Shown one piece after another: positions 28,032 through 37,531 of a stretch of DNA of 64,000 bases. A model generated the notes under the pieces. The model was not told the DNA's origin. It worked only from the letters and a program-made list of their open reading frames with translations, and ran no database searches. The position numbers were made by a program, and so were the translations under genes. The DNA comes from an uncultured Collinsella sp. (lineage in GTDB: Bacteria; Actinomycetota; Coriobacteriia; Coriobacteriales; Coriobacteriaceae). Positions within the stretch are counted from its first letter, which is position 1. Each line of letters begins with the position of its first letter. The stretch is from contig CAAERQ010000007.1 in assembly GCA_900758475.1 (NCBI GenBank), positions 16,753-80,752 of the forward strand. Direction: 5' to 3'.

Positions 28032-29393
28032 ATGGATACTGTTCTGAGCGTTCTCTCATCGGTCTTTTGGGGCCTTCTGATGCTTTCCGTCCTCGTGTTT
28101 TTGCACGAGGGCGGCCACTTTTTGGCCGCGCGAGCCTGTGGCGTCCGCGTGACCGAGTTCTTTTTGGGCCTGCCGTGCCGTTTTGACATCCATTACACGT
28201 CGCGTCGCATCGGAACCAAGTTTGGCGTGACGCCGCTGCTGCTGGGCGGCTATGCTGCCATCTGCGGCATGGATCCCACGGACGTCCCGTGTGCCGACCG
28301 CGTGCTTGCGGCGATCTATCGTCATGGTCGCGTGACCGTGGCCGACCTTGCCGCCGAGCTCGAGCTGCCCGAGGAGGACGTGCTCGAGGCCTGTGCCTTG
28401 CTGCTGGGGTGGGGTTCCATCGCTCCTTGGTATGAGGAGGGGGAGAAACCCTCGCCGAGCTATTACCCCACCAAGTATCAGACGCTGCCGCGCGATGGGG
28501 CGGGCTACACCACCTTTGACGGGCGTCGGTTTGATCGCGAGCATGCGACCGCCGAGGGCGACGTATGGGAGCTGTCGTGCGATAAGGCCGAGTTCCTTGT
28601 GCAAGAGCGCTCGCACACCTATCTTGGCCAGGGTTTTCTCAAGCGCGCCTTTATGTTGCTCGCGGGCATTGTCGTCAATATCCTGACGGGCTTTTTGCTC
28701 CTTATGAGTATCTACTCTATCGCCGGCGTATCGGTGCCGGTCGATAGCAATGTGATCGGTCAGGTCGACGAGGGTTCCATTGCTGCCAAGGCGGGCATCG
28801 AGGCCGGCGACACGATTCTTAGTGTCGATGGCGTGTCGTGCTCTTCCTGGATGGACGTGTACGATGCGATCGGAGCGGCCGCCGGCAAGGACGATATTGC
28901 CATTGAGTATCAGCGCGACGGCAAGCATCTTTCGACCTCGGTCGCGCTCAAGGAGGATGAGCGTTTGGGCGTTTATGCCTCTACGCAGGTGGTCCATTTG
29001 GACCCCATTACGTCGGCGCGCCTGTCGTTTTCCTATGTTCAGCAGACTGCTGAGGGCGTGATGCGCCTGCTGCAACCGCAACATACGATGGAGGTTCTCG
29101 ATCAGTCGACCTCGATCGTGGGCATAAGCGTCATGTCATCCCAGGCTGCAGCCGCTGGCCCCGCAACGTTTTTGACGTTTGCCGCGCTCATCTCGTTCTC
29201 GCTCGGCTTTATGAACCTGCTGCCCATCCCGCCGCTCGATGGCGGCAAGCTGGTTATCGAGATCATTCAGAAGATTGCGGGCCGCGAGCTGCCGCTCAAG
29301 GTTCAAACGATCGTGAGCTATGTGGGTATCGCGCTCTTTGCGCTGCTGTTTGTCTACATGCTTCGTTCCGACATCCTTCGATTTATTCTGTAG
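28032..29393 (+). CDS. rseP: RIP metalloprotease RseP (M50, one PDZ domain) with an unusual internal insertion
   Basis: HEGGH, NLLPIPPLDGG, PDZ signature AAKAGIEAGDTILSVDG; lies between dxr and ispG. Confidence 0.92.
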   Translation: MDTVLSVLSSVFWGLLMLSVLVFLHEGGHFLAARACGVRVTEFFLGLPCRFDIHYTSRRIGTKFGVTPLLLGGYAAICGMDPTDVPCADRVLAAIYRHGRVTVADLAAELELPEEDVLEACALLLGWGSIAPWYEEGEKPSPSYYPTKYQTLPRDGAGYTTFDGRRFDREHATAEGDVWELSCDKAEFLVQERSHTYLGQGFLKRAFMLLAGIVVNILTGFLLLMSIYSIAGVSVPVDSNVIGQVDEGSIAAKAGIEAGDTILSVDGVSCSSWMDVYDAIGAAAGKDDIAIEYQRDGKHLSTSVALKEDERLGVYASTQVVHLDPITSARLSFSYVQQTAEGVMRLLQPQHTMEVLDQSTSIVGISVMSSQAAAAGPATFLTFAALISFSLGFMNLLPIPPLDGGKLVIEIIQKIAGRELPLKVQTIVSYVGIALFALLFVYMLRSDILRFIL

Positions 29394-29406
29394 GGGAGTG
29401 TTTGGA

Positions 29407-30489
29407 TTGTCTTTATCCCATCCTTTGCCGCGCGAGCTGACGCGCCCCGTATATGTTGGCGGCGTGCGGATCGGTGGTGGCGCTCCGGTGGTGGTTCAGT
29501 CCATGACCTGCACCGATACCGCCGACGCCCAGGCAACGCTTGCTCAGGTTCGCGCTTTGGCGCAAGCCGGTTGCGATATCGTGCGCGTGAGTGTGCCCAC
29601 CGAGGCCGCGCTCGAGGGTTTCCGCACCATCTGTGCCGAGTCTCCGGTGCCGATCGTTGCCGATATCCACTTTAACCACAAGCTCGCCATTGGCGCCGTT
29701 GAGGCGGGTGCCGCCAAGCTCCGCATTAATCCCGGTAACATCGGCGATTGGGCCAAGGTCGATGCCGTGATCGATGCTGCGGGCGCTGCCGGGTGCGCGA
29801 TTCGTATCGGTGTGAACGCCGGCTCGCTCGAGCAGGATATTGCCGAGCGCGACGATCTTACGCAGCCCGAAAAGCTCGTGATGTCGAGCGAGCGCTTCGT
29901 CAAGCATTTTGAAGACCGCGGTTTCACCAACATCGTGCTTTCCGCTAAGGCCCATAGCGTGGCCACAACGCTTGATGCCTATCGCGCTCTGTCGCGCGAG
30001 ATACCGCATGTTCCGCTCCACCTGGGCGTGACGGAGGCGGGAACTAAGCTGCAGGGCACTATTAAGAGCTCCGTAGGCTTGGGTATCTTGCTTTCCGAAG
30101 GTATCGGCGACACCATGCGTGTGTCGCTCACGGCCGATCCGGTCGAGGAACCGCCGGTCGCCTGGGGCATCCTGCAGTCCCTGGGCCTTCGTCGTCGTGG
30201 TCCCGAGATCGTCTCGTGCCCCACGTGTGCCCGCTGCCAGGTCAACCTCATTCCCATCGCTGAGGAGGTCACCGAGCGACTCAAGAACTATTCGGCTCCG
30301 CTTTCTATCGCCGTGATGGGATGTGCCGTTAATGGCCCCGGTGAGGCTTCCGACGCCGACCTGGGCGTGGCCTGTGGACGAGGTCAGGGCCTGCTCTTTT
30401 CGCATGGCCAGATCATTGGTAAAGTAGCTGAGGATCAAATTGTCGACGCGCTCATGGCCGAGGTCGACAAGCTTATTGAGGAGAAATAA
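29407..30489 (+). CDS. ispG: HMBPP synthase IspG
   Basis: VVVQSMT, VADIHF, RINPGN, CPTCARC, VMGCAVNGPGE. Confidence 0.96.
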   Translation: MSLSHPLPRELTRPVYVGGVRIGGGAPVVVQSMTCTDTADAQATLAQVRALAQAGCDIVRVSVPTEAALEGFRTICAESPVPIVADIHFNHKLAIGAVEAGAAKLRINPGNIGDWAKVDAVIDAAGAAGCAIRIGVNAGSLEQDIAERDDLTQPEKLVMSSERFVKHFEDRGFTNIVLSAKAHSVATTLDAYRALSREIPHVPLHLGVTEAGTKLQGTIKSSVGLGILLSEGIGDTMRVSLTADPVEEPPVAWGILQSLGLRRRGPEIVSCPTCARCQVNLIPIAEEVTERLKNYSAPLSIAVMGCAVNGPGEASDADLGVACGRGQGLLFSHGQIIGKVAEDQIVDALMAEVDKLIEEK

Positions 30490-32211
30490 ATGACTCGAGC
30501 AATGTATATGTCTAAGCTTTACGCGCCGACGCTCAAAGAGGATCCGGCGGACGCCGAGCTTGCGAGCCACCGTCTGCTGCTTCGCGCTGGCATGATTCGC
30601 AAGGAGGCCGCCGGCTTGTATTCCTATCTGCCGCTCGCATGGCGCTCGATCCGCAAGATCGAGAACATCGTGCGCGACGAGATGGATGCCGCCGGTGCCC
30701 AGGAGCTTATGATGCCCATTATGGTCGACGCTGAGCTATGGCGCGAGTCCGGCCGCATCGACGCCTACGGTAAGGAGCTCGTGCGCTTTGATGACCGTCA
30801 CGGCCGTGAGTTCGTTCTGGGCCCCACCCACGAGGAGACGGTCACTGCCCTGGTGCGCAATGAGCTGCGCTCCTATAAGCAGCTTCCCGTCAACCTCTAC
30901 CACATCCAGGACAAGTTCCGTGACGAGTTCCGTCCCCGCTTTGGTCTGATGCGCGGTCGCGAGTTCATCATGAAGGACGCCTATAGCTTCTCCGCCACGC
31001 AGGAGAGCCTGCAGGAGGAGTATGACAAGATGAAGCAGGCCTACGCTAACATCTGCGAGCGCTGCTACATCAAGGCTCTGCCCGTCGTTGCCGACTCCGG
31101 TGAGATCGGTGGCGATACCTCCGTCGAGTACATGGCTTTGGCCGACGCCGGCGAGGCTTCGCTGGTCTACTGCGACGATTGCGGTTTTGCTGCCGATGAC
31201 GAGGCGGCAAGCACCAAGGTCGTCGTGACTGAGGGCCCCGGCGACGGTACGCTCACCAAGGTCGAGACTCCGGGCATGGGCACCATCGAGGCTGTTGCCA
31301 AGTTCTTTGGGTTCCCCGAGAACGGCACGCGCAAGTCCCTGGCGTTGATCGATGCCGAGGGTAAGCCCGTCGTGGCCATCGTTCCGGGCGATCATGAGCT
31401 CAACGATTGCAAGGCCGAGCATGTCTTTGGCAAGGGCTATCGCATGATGACCGACGAGGAGCTCCAGACTTATGGTCTGCATAAGGGCTTTATCGGGCCG
31501 GTTAACCTGCCCGAGGGCATTCGTCTCGTCTGCGACGAGAGCCTGCGCGAGTCCAAGCAGTGGGCCTGCGGTGCCAACGAGGTCGATTATCACTTTACCG
31601 GCGCCTGCCCCGAGCGCGACTTTACTGTCGATGAGTGGGCCGACCTGGTCACCGTCGTCGCTGGCGATCCCTGCCCGCACTGCGGCAAGCCGCTCTCCGC
31701 TGCCCGCGGTATCGAGGTCTCGCAGGTCTTCCAGCTTGGTACCAAGTATTCCGAGGCCATGGGTGCCACCTTTATGGATGAGGACGGCAAGGAGAAGCCG
31801 CTTATCATGGGTTGCTACGGTGTGGGCGTGTCCCGCTCGCTCGCTGCCGTCGTGGAGCAGCACAATGACGAGCACGGCATCGTCTGGCCGGTTTCTGTCG
31901 CTCCGTATGAGGTCGCGGTGATTCCGCTCGATCCCAAGAAGGAGGAGTGCGCAACCGTTTGCGAACAGATTGTTGATGGCCTGTGCGCCGAGGGTATCGA
32001 GGTTGTCGTGGATGACCGCGACGAGCGCCCCGGCTTTAAGTTTGCCGACAACGACCTTATGGGCTTCCCGTATCAGGTCGTTCTGGGCAAGCGCGGCCTC
32101 AAGAATGGTACGGTTGAGCTCAAGGACCGTGCTACCGGCGAGCGTGAGGACGTGGCGATCGACGAGGTCGTCGCCAAGGTTGCCGAGCTTGTGAAGGCTG
32201 CCCGTCGCTAA
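30490..32211 (+). CDS. proS: Proline-tRNA ligase
   Basis: LGPTHEE, FRDEFRPRFGLMRGREF, MGCYGVGVSR. Confidence 0.97.
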   Translation: MTRAMYMSKLYAPTLKEDPADAELASHRLLLRAGMIRKEAAGLYSYLPLAWRSIRKIENIVRDEMDAAGAQELMMPIMVDAELWRESGRIDAYGKELVRFDDRHGREFVLGPTHEETVTALVRNELRSYKQLPVNLYHIQDKFRDEFRPRFGLMRGREFIMKDAYSFSATQESLQEEYDKMKQAYANICERCYIKALPVVADSGEIGGDTSVEYMALADAGEASLVYCDDCGFAADDEAASTKVVVTEGPGDGTLTKVETPGMGTIEAVAKFFGFPENGTRKSLALIDAEGKPVVAIVPGDHELNDCKAEHVFGKGYRMMTDEELQTYGLHKGFIGPVNLPEGIRLVCDESLRESKQWACGANEVDYHFTGACPERDFTVDEWADLVTVVAGDPCPHCGKPLSAARGIEVSQVFQLGTKYSEAMGATFMDEDGKEKPLIMGCYGVGVSRSLAAVVEQHNDEHGIVWPVSVAPYEVAVIPLDPKKEECATVCEQIVDGLCAEGIEVVVDDRDERPGFKFADNDLMGFPYQVVLGKRGLKNGTVELKDRATGEREDVAIDEVVAKVAELVKAARR

Positions 32212-32240
32212 TCGACGTTTCTGCTATTTGATGCAATTGC

Positions 32241-32290
32241 GGGGCTGCCCTGTATCTCTCTAAGGATGAGATGCGGGGCAGCCCCTTTTT
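32241..32290 (+). terminator. proS terminator
   Basis: Stem GGGGCTGCCCTGTATCTC/GAGATGCGGGGCAGCCCC followed by TTTTT. Confidence 0.8.
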
Positions 32291-32314
32291 GTTGCGTGAA
32301 TCAGCTCGACGGGT

Positions 32315-32357
32315 AAAAGGAAACCCCACAGCCCAAATGAGCTGCGGGGTTTCCTTT
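32315..32357 (-). terminator. Terminator of the adhE-kinase unit
   Basis: Stem AAAGGAAACCCC/GGGGTTTCCTTT between convergent genes. Confidence 0.7.
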
Positions 32358-32389
32358 GTGCCTCCGATGCGAAATGTATCGCTCAGATA

Positions 32390-33154
32390 TTACTGATAAT
32401 CGACGACGTCAATCCAGTTCTTCAGGAACTCATCGTTCACGTTGCGCTTACGAGCGAGCTCGGAAGCGGCGACGATGCTCGTCCACTGACGCACGACCTG
32501 CATGGGCATGTCGGCGCGGTCGCAGTAGAGCTCCAGGTAGGCCTCGGCCTGATCCTTGCTGTTGAGGGCAAAGAGCAGGTAGGTGGTGGCAACGTCGGCA
32601 GCAGGGGAGCCCTGGGTGGCGTGTGCCCAGTCGCACACATAGAGCTGGCCGTCGTCACCGACGATGACGTTGGAGGGGTTGAAGTCGCCGTGGCAGACCT
32701 TGAACTCCTTGGTCATGCCGTCCAGACGCTCCTGAAGGTTGTAGCGCGTGGTGGCATTGAGCTGATCAAGGCTGTCGATCATGCGGGCGAACTTGTCGCG
32801 CTGACGGTTGAGCAGCGGGGAGGTGTAGCCGTGGATCTCGATCTGGAGGTCGACGAACATCTCGAGGTACTCACCAAAGCGCTGGGGCTCGGCAGTCATC
32901 TTCTCAGCAAGGGTGGTGCCCGGAACCTTCTCGGTCACGAGCGCCCAGCCGTTGGCGTTCTCGAGCTGGGAAACCTCGAGAGCCTTGGGGCTGCGGATGC
33001 CGCACTCATTGATGCGGGCAAGATTCAAAGCCTCGTTGAACACGTCGGAGACAGGCTTGGTCTCGTTAAAGACCTTGACGATCTTGTCACCCAGGTCGTA
33101 AACGACCTTGTTGCCACGACGGACGAGTTCGGTCTTGGAATCGGGTAGCAGCAT
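32390..33154 (-). CDS. APH/choline-kinase-like phosphotransferase of unknown substrate
   Basis: Catalytic loop CHGDFNPSNV and metal-binding CDW motif. Confidence 0.85.
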   Translation of the reverse strand: MLLPDSKTELVRRGNKVVYDLGDKIVKVFNETKPVSDVFNEALNLARINECGIRSPKALEVSQLENANGWALVTEKVPGTTLAEKMTAEPQRFGEYLEMFVDLQIEIHGYTSPLLNRQRDKFARMIDSLDQLNATTRYNLQERLDGMTKEFKVCHGDFNPSNVIVGDDGQLYVCDWAHATQGSPAADVATTYLLFALNSKDQAEAYLELYCDRADMPMQVVRQWTSIVAASELARKRNVNDEFLKNWIDVVDYQ

Positions 33155-33242
33155 GGTTGCATCCTTTCAACGATGCGATAGAAGCGACGGCGGGGGTGTG
33201 TGAAACACCCGTGCACCCCCGCCGTTAAAAACCGTGCTAAAA

Positions 33243-35891
33243 CTAGCAGACGGCGTAATCCTGGGGCTCGCGGCCGTAGTAGGCGTCCAGGTAGAGCTCC
33301 TTGATCTCGCTCATGAGCGGGTAGCGCGGGTTGGCGCCGGTGCACTGGTCGTTGAATGCCTGCTCGGTCATCTCGTCGAGGGTGTCGAGGAAGTACTGCT
33401 CGTCAACACCGTAGTCGGCGATGGTCTTCTTGACGCCGATGAAGTCCTTGAGCTCCTCGAGCTTCGTGATGAAGTTCTCGAAGACCTCCTTGTCGTCCTT
33501 GCCCTCGATGCCGCAGTACTTGGCCATCTCGGCGTAGTTGTGCAGCGCGTTGGGGTAAGGATACTGGGAGAAGGTACCCATCTTGACGGGAGCCTCGGCG
33601 GCGTTGTAGCGCATGACGCGGGTCAGGATGACGGCGTTGGCGAGGCCGTGGGGTAGGTGATGGAAGGCGCCGAGCTTGTGGGCCATGGAGTGGTTGAGGC
33701 CCAGGAAGGCGTTGGCGAAGGCCATACCGGCCATGCAGGAGGCGTTGTGCATCTCCTCGCGGGCGTGCGGGTCCTTGGCGCCATTCGTGAAGCTGGAGGG
33801 CAGGTTCTCAAAGACGAGCTTGGCAGCGCGCTCGGAGAGGCCCTTGGTGTAGTCGGAAGCCATGATGGAGACGTAGGACTCGATGGCGTGGGTCATAACG
33901 TCGATGCCGGAGGCAGCGGTCAGGCCGCGCGGGGCGGTCATGCAGTTGTCGGCGTCGACGATAGCCATGTTGGGGAGCAGCGCGTAGTCGGCGAGCGGCC
34001 ACTTGATGCCGGTCTCCTTGTCGGTGATGATGGCGAACGGCGTGCACTCGGAGCCGGTACCCGAGGAGGTCGGGACGGCGACGAAGTAGGCCTTCTTGCC
34101 CATCTCGGGGAAGGTGAAGATACGCTTGCGGATGTCCATGAAGTCCATGGCCATGTCCTCGAACTTGCACTCGGGGTGCTCGTACATCATCCACATGATC
34201 TTGCCGGCGTCCATAGCGGAGCCACCGCCGACGGCGATGATGACGTCCGGCTCAAAAAGAGCCATCTGCTTGGCGCCGCGACGTGCGCACTGCAGCGACG
34301 GATCGGGCTCGACGTCGTAGAAGCAGTCGTGGGCGATACCCATCTCGTCGAGCTTGGCCTCGATGGCGCGGGTGTTGCCGTTCTTGAAGAGGAACTGGTC
34401 GGTGACGATGAAGGCGCGCTTCTTGCCCATGACGGTACCGAGCTCGTCGAGAGCGACGGGCGTGGAACCCTTCTTGAAGTAGACCTTTTCGGGAGCGCGG
34501 AACCACAGCATGTTCTCGCGGCGCTCGGCCACAGTCTTAACGTTGATCAAGTGTTTCACCCCAACGTTCTCGGAGACGGAGTTGCCGCCCCAGGAGCCGC
34601 AGCCCAGGGTCAGAGACGGCTTCATGCCAAAGTTGTACAGGTCACCGATGCCGCCGTGCGAGGACGGGGTGTTGATGACGATACGGCAGGCCTTCATGAC
34701 GTGCTCGAACAGGCTGATCTTCTCGGCCTGGGCGGGGTGCACGTAGAGAGAGGCAGTGTGGCCCGGGCCACCGGCGAGCACCAGGTGCTCGGCCTTGTCG
34801 ACGGCCTCCTGGAAGTCCTTGGCGTGGTACATGGCCAGGACCGGGGAGAGCTTCTCGTGGGAGAACTCCTCCTTGGCGGGGTCGGTGGAGGTGACCTCGG
34901 CGATCAGGATCTTGGTCTTGGCGGGAACCTCGATGCCGGCGAGCTCGGCGATCTTGGCGGCAGCCATGCCGGGGATGCGGTGATCGAGGGCGCCGTTCTT
35001 GAACATGGCGGCACGCAGAGCCTCCATCTCGGCACCCTGCTTGACGAAGTAGCAGCCGCGCTTCTGGAACTCGGCCTTGACCTGGTCATAGATGGTGTCG
35101 ATGACGGTCACGGACTGCTCGGAAGCGCAGATCATGCCGTTGTCGAAGGTCTTGGAGTGGATGATGGAGTTGACGGCGAGCAGCACGTCGGCGGTGTCGT
35201 CGATGACGACCGGGGTGTTACCGGCGCCAACGCCCAGGGCAGGCTTGCCCGAGGAGTAGGCGGCCTTGACCATGCCCGGGCCACCGGTGGCGAGGATGAT
35301 GTCGACGTCGCGCATGACCATGTTGGTCAGCTCGATGGAGGGGACATCGACCCAGCCGATGATGCCCTCGGGGGCGCCGGCCTTGACGGCGGCGTCAAGC
35401 ACGAGCTTGGCGGCGGCGATGGTGCACTTGGCGGCAGCCGGGTGCGGGGAGATGATGATGGCGTTGCGGGTCTTCAGGCTGATCAGCGTCTTGAAGATCG
35501 CGGTGGAGGTGGGGTTGGTCGTCGGGATGACGGCGCCCACGATGCCGATGGGCTCGGCGATCTTGGTGATGCCGTAGGCCTCGTCGCGCTCAAGGACACC
35601 ACAGGTCTTGGTGTCCTTGTAAGCGTTGTAGATGTACTCTGCGGCGTAGTGGTTCTTGATGACCTTGTCCTCAAGAACGCCGCGGCCGGTCTCCTCGATG
35701 GCCATCTTCGCCAACGGGATACGAGCCTTGTTGGCGGCCATGGCGGCCTCATAGAAGATCTTGTCGACCTGCTCCTGCGTGTACGTAGCAAAAAGCGCCT
35801 GGGCCTCTCGCATTTGAGCGAGCTTAGCCTCAAGCGCCTCTACGTTGTCCACAATTGCGGGAGTAGTGTTTTCCGGTGACTTTTTCACCAT
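33243..35891 (-). CDS. adhE: Bifunctional acetaldehyde-CoA/alcohol dehydrogenase
   Basis: PTTNPTST, FDNGMICASEQ, LGCGSWGGN, GGGSAMD, HSMAHKLG. Confidence 0.97.
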   Translation of the reverse strand: MVKKSPENTTPAIVDNVEALEAKLAQMREAQALFATYTQEQVDKIFYEAAMAANKARIPLAKMAIEETGRGVLEDKVIKNHYAAEYIYNAYKDTKTCGVLERDEAYGITKIAEPIGIVGAVIPTTNPTSTAIFKTLISLKTRNAIIISPHPAAAKCTIAAAKLVLDAAVKAGAPEGIIGWVDVPSIELTNMVMRDVDIILATGGPGMVKAAYSSGKPALGVGAGNTPVVIDDTADVLLAVNSIIHSKTFDNGMICASEQSVTVIDTIYDQVKAEFQKRGCYFVKQGAEMEALRAAMFKNGALDHRIPGMAAAKIAELAGIEVPAKTKILIAEVTSTDPAKEEFSHEKLSPVLAMYHAKDFQEAVDKAEHLVLAGGPGHTASLYVHPAQAEKISLFEHVMKACRIVINTPSSHGGIGDLYNFGMKPSLTLGCGSWGGNSVSENVGVKHLINVKTVAERRENMLWFRAPEKVYFKKGSTPVALDELGTVMGKKRAFIVTDQFLFKNGNTRAIEAKLDEMGIAHDCFYDVEPDPSLQCARRGAKQMALFEPDVIIAVGGGSAMDAGKIMWMMYEHPECKFEDMAMDFMDIRKRIFTFPEMGKKAYFVAVPTSSGTGSECTPFAIITDKETGIKWPLADYALLPNMAIVDADNCMTAPRGLTAASGIDVMTHAIESYVSIMASDYTKGLSERAAKLVFENLPSSFTNGAKDPHAREEMHNASCMAGMAFANAFLGLNHSMAHKLGAFHHLPHGLANAVILTRVMRYNAAEAPVKMGTFSQYPYPNALHNYAEMAKYCGIEGKDDKEVFENFITKLEELKDFIGVKKTIADYGVDEQYFLDTLDEMTEQAFNDQCTGANPRYPLMSEIKELYLDAYYGREPQDYAVC

Positions 35892-35983
35892 TTGTGTCTC
35901 CTTGCGATCGGAGATTTACCCTACAAGATGCATGATAGCAAGAAATTATTCGGCGAACGGTCAGATTCCCGTAAAAGGCATAC

Positions 35984-36013
35984 TAAAACGCTTCAATCAA
36001 ATGAACCGTTTCA
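35984..36013. promoter_or_regulatory. Two tandem LacI/cre-like operator sites upstream of adhE
   Basis: TAAAACGCTTCA (35984-35995) and TGAACCGTTTCA (36002-36013); extended -10 TGCTATCAT on the minus strand at 35932-35940. Confidence 0.45.
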
Positions 36014-36201
36014 ACCAAATAATGCAACTTAGCGTAGGAAAGATCGGATGCTTTGCGCCTTGTAGGTGCCCTGAAGCCGTATTGGCCAGCATTTGGTTCC
36101 AGAGGGGTTTTGGCTTAAAGGCGTCGGGTTATCGAGAACGACTTTTGCATATTCATATGTTAATAGTTGTCGTCTTACGATCAGCTGGTAGTCAATAAAC
36201 C

Positions 36202-36234
36202 AAAAAGGCGCCCCCCGTAGGGGAGGGCGCCTTT
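36202..36234 (-). terminator. rpmB terminator
   Basis: Stem AAAGGCGCCC/GGGCGCCTTT with a T-run on the minus strand. Confidence 0.75.
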
Positions 36235-36302
36235 GGTAAGTTCTATGTGAACGCGAGGTCTTTGACCCGGAGAGTCCGAGGTACTTGTTGGTAAGACCTT
36301 AT

Positions 36303-36491
36303 TTAGGAGCGCGCAACCTTGCCGGACTTGAGGCAGGTGGAGCAAACGTTCATCTTACGACGGTGACCATCGACGACGACGTAGACGCGCTGGATGTTGG
36401 GGCGGAACTTACGGTTGGTGACGCGGTGAGAGTGGCTGATGGAGCGACCGGCAACGGGGTGCTTACCGCAAACTTCGCAAACTTTGGACAT
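36303..36491 (-). CDS. rpmB: 50S ribosomal protein L28 (zinc-binding type)
   Basis: MSKVCEVCGK, SISHSH, RKFRPNIQ, CSTCLKSGKV. Confidence 0.96.
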   Translation of the reverse strand: MSKVCEVCGKHPVAGRSISHSHRVTNRKFRPNIQRVYVVVDGHRRKMNVCSTCLKSGKVARS

Positions 36492-36795
36492 AACTGACCC
36501 TCCTTGGGCGACAAACGAACATGTCGCGTTAACAAACAAGCCTGAACTATAGCACAGAAGCAGCTCCCTGTGCGTAATCTACACAGAGATATTTCTCTTT
36601 TGGCGATAGTGCCCACGCCACGGCCCTGGACGTAGATCCGATTTGCGTGCGGCAGAGGGGATTATGCCAGCTCGCAACAAGGTTTTCAAGCTCGTCCCAC
36701 AAATATATATAGGTTTATTGAGCGTATTGCTCCGTTTACGGATTGCTCTGTATTTATGCTCGCAATTAGGCTCGAGGTTGGCTACACTATCATCT

Positions 36796-36903
36796 GACCA
36801 TTAAAGGGGTACGAGATACCCACATGGAATTACATAGCTGCCATAGAGCAGCCCTTCCTGTGGGTGTCTGGTCCGCTTTGAGCGGTCGGGCATCTATTTT
36901 TTT
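36796..36903 (+). promoter_or_regulatory. PyrR-dependent transcription attenuator
   Basis: Binding-loop-like hairpin (CCAT..GGTA-CGAGA-TACC..ATGG), antiterminator (AGATACCCACA pairing with TGTGGGTGTCT) and a terminator ending in T7, all directly before pyrR. Confidence 0.75.
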
Positions 36904-36930
36904 GACTGTGTCAGCAGTCAAGACATGTGA

Positions 36931-37527
<597 letters not shown>

Positions 37528-37531
37528 TACC

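Noticed and set aside
32390..33154. Aminoglycoside resistance gene
   Set aside because: Only the generic APH/choline-kinase fold motifs are present; native codon style and no mobile context.
33657..35879. 740-aa plus-strand ORF
   Set aside because: Antisense shadow of adhE.
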